64,000 nt of DNA from Octopus sinensis. Its lineage: Eukaryota. A program made the position numbers and the translations under genes. Positions 62,391 through 64,000 of this stretch are shown here, one piece after another. Positions within the stretch are counted from its first letter, which is position 1. Each line of letters opens with the position of its first letter. Under the pieces are notes generated by a model. The model did not search any database, was not told the DNA's origin, and saw nothing but the letters and a program-made list of their open reading frames with translations. The DNA is taken from the NCBI RefSeq assembly GCF_006345805.1, contig NW_021824954.1:434001-498000 (forward strand), written 5' to 3'.

Positions 62391-62560
62391 GAATTTACAA
62401 AAAAAGCAAAAGACGAAGACGGGTAAACAACAAACAGAAATGTGTCAGTTTAACGCTCGGGAAGTGAGAATGTCTTTTACGTTTTGAGCCTACGCTCTTC
62501 GACCGAAAAGAACACGGAAATAAACAGGGAGAGCAAATAGAAAAATGGCTTAGTCCTGAA
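62388..62560 (-). mobile_element. Solo PLE 3'-terminal fragment abutting (AT)n, with a degenerate hammerhead motif
   Basis: Homologous to 36190-36345 and 52271-52460. Confidence 0.75.
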
Positions 62561-62858
62561 AGATTCCTTGGCGATGCATGGTGTATTTTATAAATATGCC
62601 TGGGTAACGTCTCATAAATGTATGAAACTATTTGTAGCTCTTTCAGTTGTGTATTAAATTGATATATATGAGGCTTTACCTAGGATATGTATTCTACTTA
62701 TATTTACTGGTATCTGATTGTCGAACATTTATAACCAAATTCTTTTAATACTGAGTGCTTTATTGATATCTGTCAGGATATTTTCTTATATATAAACATA
62801 TATGTACACACACACACACACACACACAACACACACACACACACACACAAACACACAC

Positions 62859-62891
<33 letters not shown>

Positions 62892-62956
62892 GCATACACA
62901 CACACACATACACACACATACACACACACACACACACATATATTAATATAAGAAAA

Positions 62957-63248
62957 CAGGAAAGTGGAAATTTTTTTGGTATTATTTATTCTCCATTACA
63001 GGTATTTCATTTGCTAATAGGAATTAAGATTTACATGGTATATAGACATGTAAATAATTTCCTATTAGAAATTCTTCTGACACAGAACATTTTTTATAAA
63101 ACATAAAAAAATTTCTGTCTGACGAATTTCTAATAGGAAATTATTTACATGTCTTTATAACATATAAATCTTTGTAATTTCTATCCTATTAGCAAATAAA
63201 ACACGTGTAATGGAAAATGAATAATACCAAAAACTTTCCATTTTCCTG
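62957..63248. repeat. Old ~290-bp fold-back made of two inverted copies of a hammerhead-containing segment
   Basis: The arms caggaaagtggaaattttttggtattat...acagaa and ttctgt...ataataccaaaaactttccattttcctg are imperfect reverse complements with a ~5-nt loop. Confidence 0.85.
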
Positions 63249-63833
63249 CAAATAATATTTCCATAATTCTCAATTTTCATGTATATTTTAATTAACAAAC
63301 AACTATAATTATGAATACCTTTTGATTGTAATAATGGAAGAAACATAAGAGGAAACAGCTGGGATTTACCCGAACTACCTATATATATATATATATATAT
63401 CTGTGTGAGTGTGTATGTATGTGCCTTTACATACTTAGTATGTATATGTATGTACTTTATGTATCTTAGTAGAAAGAAATTATAAACAGGTGTGGCAATC
63501 AAAACTTTATATGACATTCCCATTTTTGAGAAATATGTATATGTGTATGTGTGCGTGTGTACTACACAAATACAATTTTATACGCATCTGCACACGCTCA
63601 ACCAAAGTGATAGTGATGCTCTGGTGAGTAAATATTATTTATTGATATAAAAGTTAAAGCACTTACAATAGCGTACTGTTTTCAATGGAAAAATTTTAAA
63701 GTTTCACACACAGTCCTTTATCAGTCCTTTATCACGTTTATCACAGTCCTTTATCAGGGTGAGAGAGAAGAGGAGATTTCTTTAACGAATACAAGATACA
63801 CTTCACAGCGGAGAGAGGGAGAGAGAGAGAGAG

Positions 63834-63864
<31 letters not shown>

Positions 63865-64000
63865 GAAGACTTCCATTTTCTCTCCCTTCGATAAAGGATT
63901 TGCATTGGAAACAGTGAGATTTATTTTTCGTTCTTAACGGCAAACCAGATGAAATGAATTTACTATTAAACATATGTATACATTCTTTTGGTCGTCTCTA

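Overview
Eukaryotic, repeat-saturated, essentially gene-free window. The SINE families and dense (AT)n/(GT)n/(TACA)n/(CTAT)n/(AAT)n tracts suggest an octopus (cephalopod) genome; this is inference from recalled repeat sequences, not a database hit. Contents: four degenerate L1/Tx1-type LINEs, many R4/Dong-like RLE-type LINE pieces, an RTE fragment, two Penelope-like elements (PLEs; one with RT plus GIY-YIG), an internally deleted Ty3/Gypsy element with both LTRs, mariner and pogo transposase remnants, Helitron-like non-autonomous elements, several tRNA-derived SINE families, a ~515-bp non-tRNA repeat and a full-length U6 snRNA copy abutting a SINE. No intact protein-coding gene is evident; there is only one weak candidate host exon. 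Most short ORFs in the supplied track are microsatellite or antisense artefacts. The most notable unannotated signal is a set of type I hammerhead ribozyme motifs from several families in (AT)n-flanked, often folded-back, PLE-terminal-like repeats. These include a textbook-intact ribozyme at 51642-51724 (-), a 464-bp-period non-coding retrozyme-like tandem with a 180-bp fold-back at 60099-60985, and a family whose core consistently reads CUGU instead of CUGA. Locally templated inverted insertions at rearrangement junctions are also visible. All alignments and folds were done by eye.
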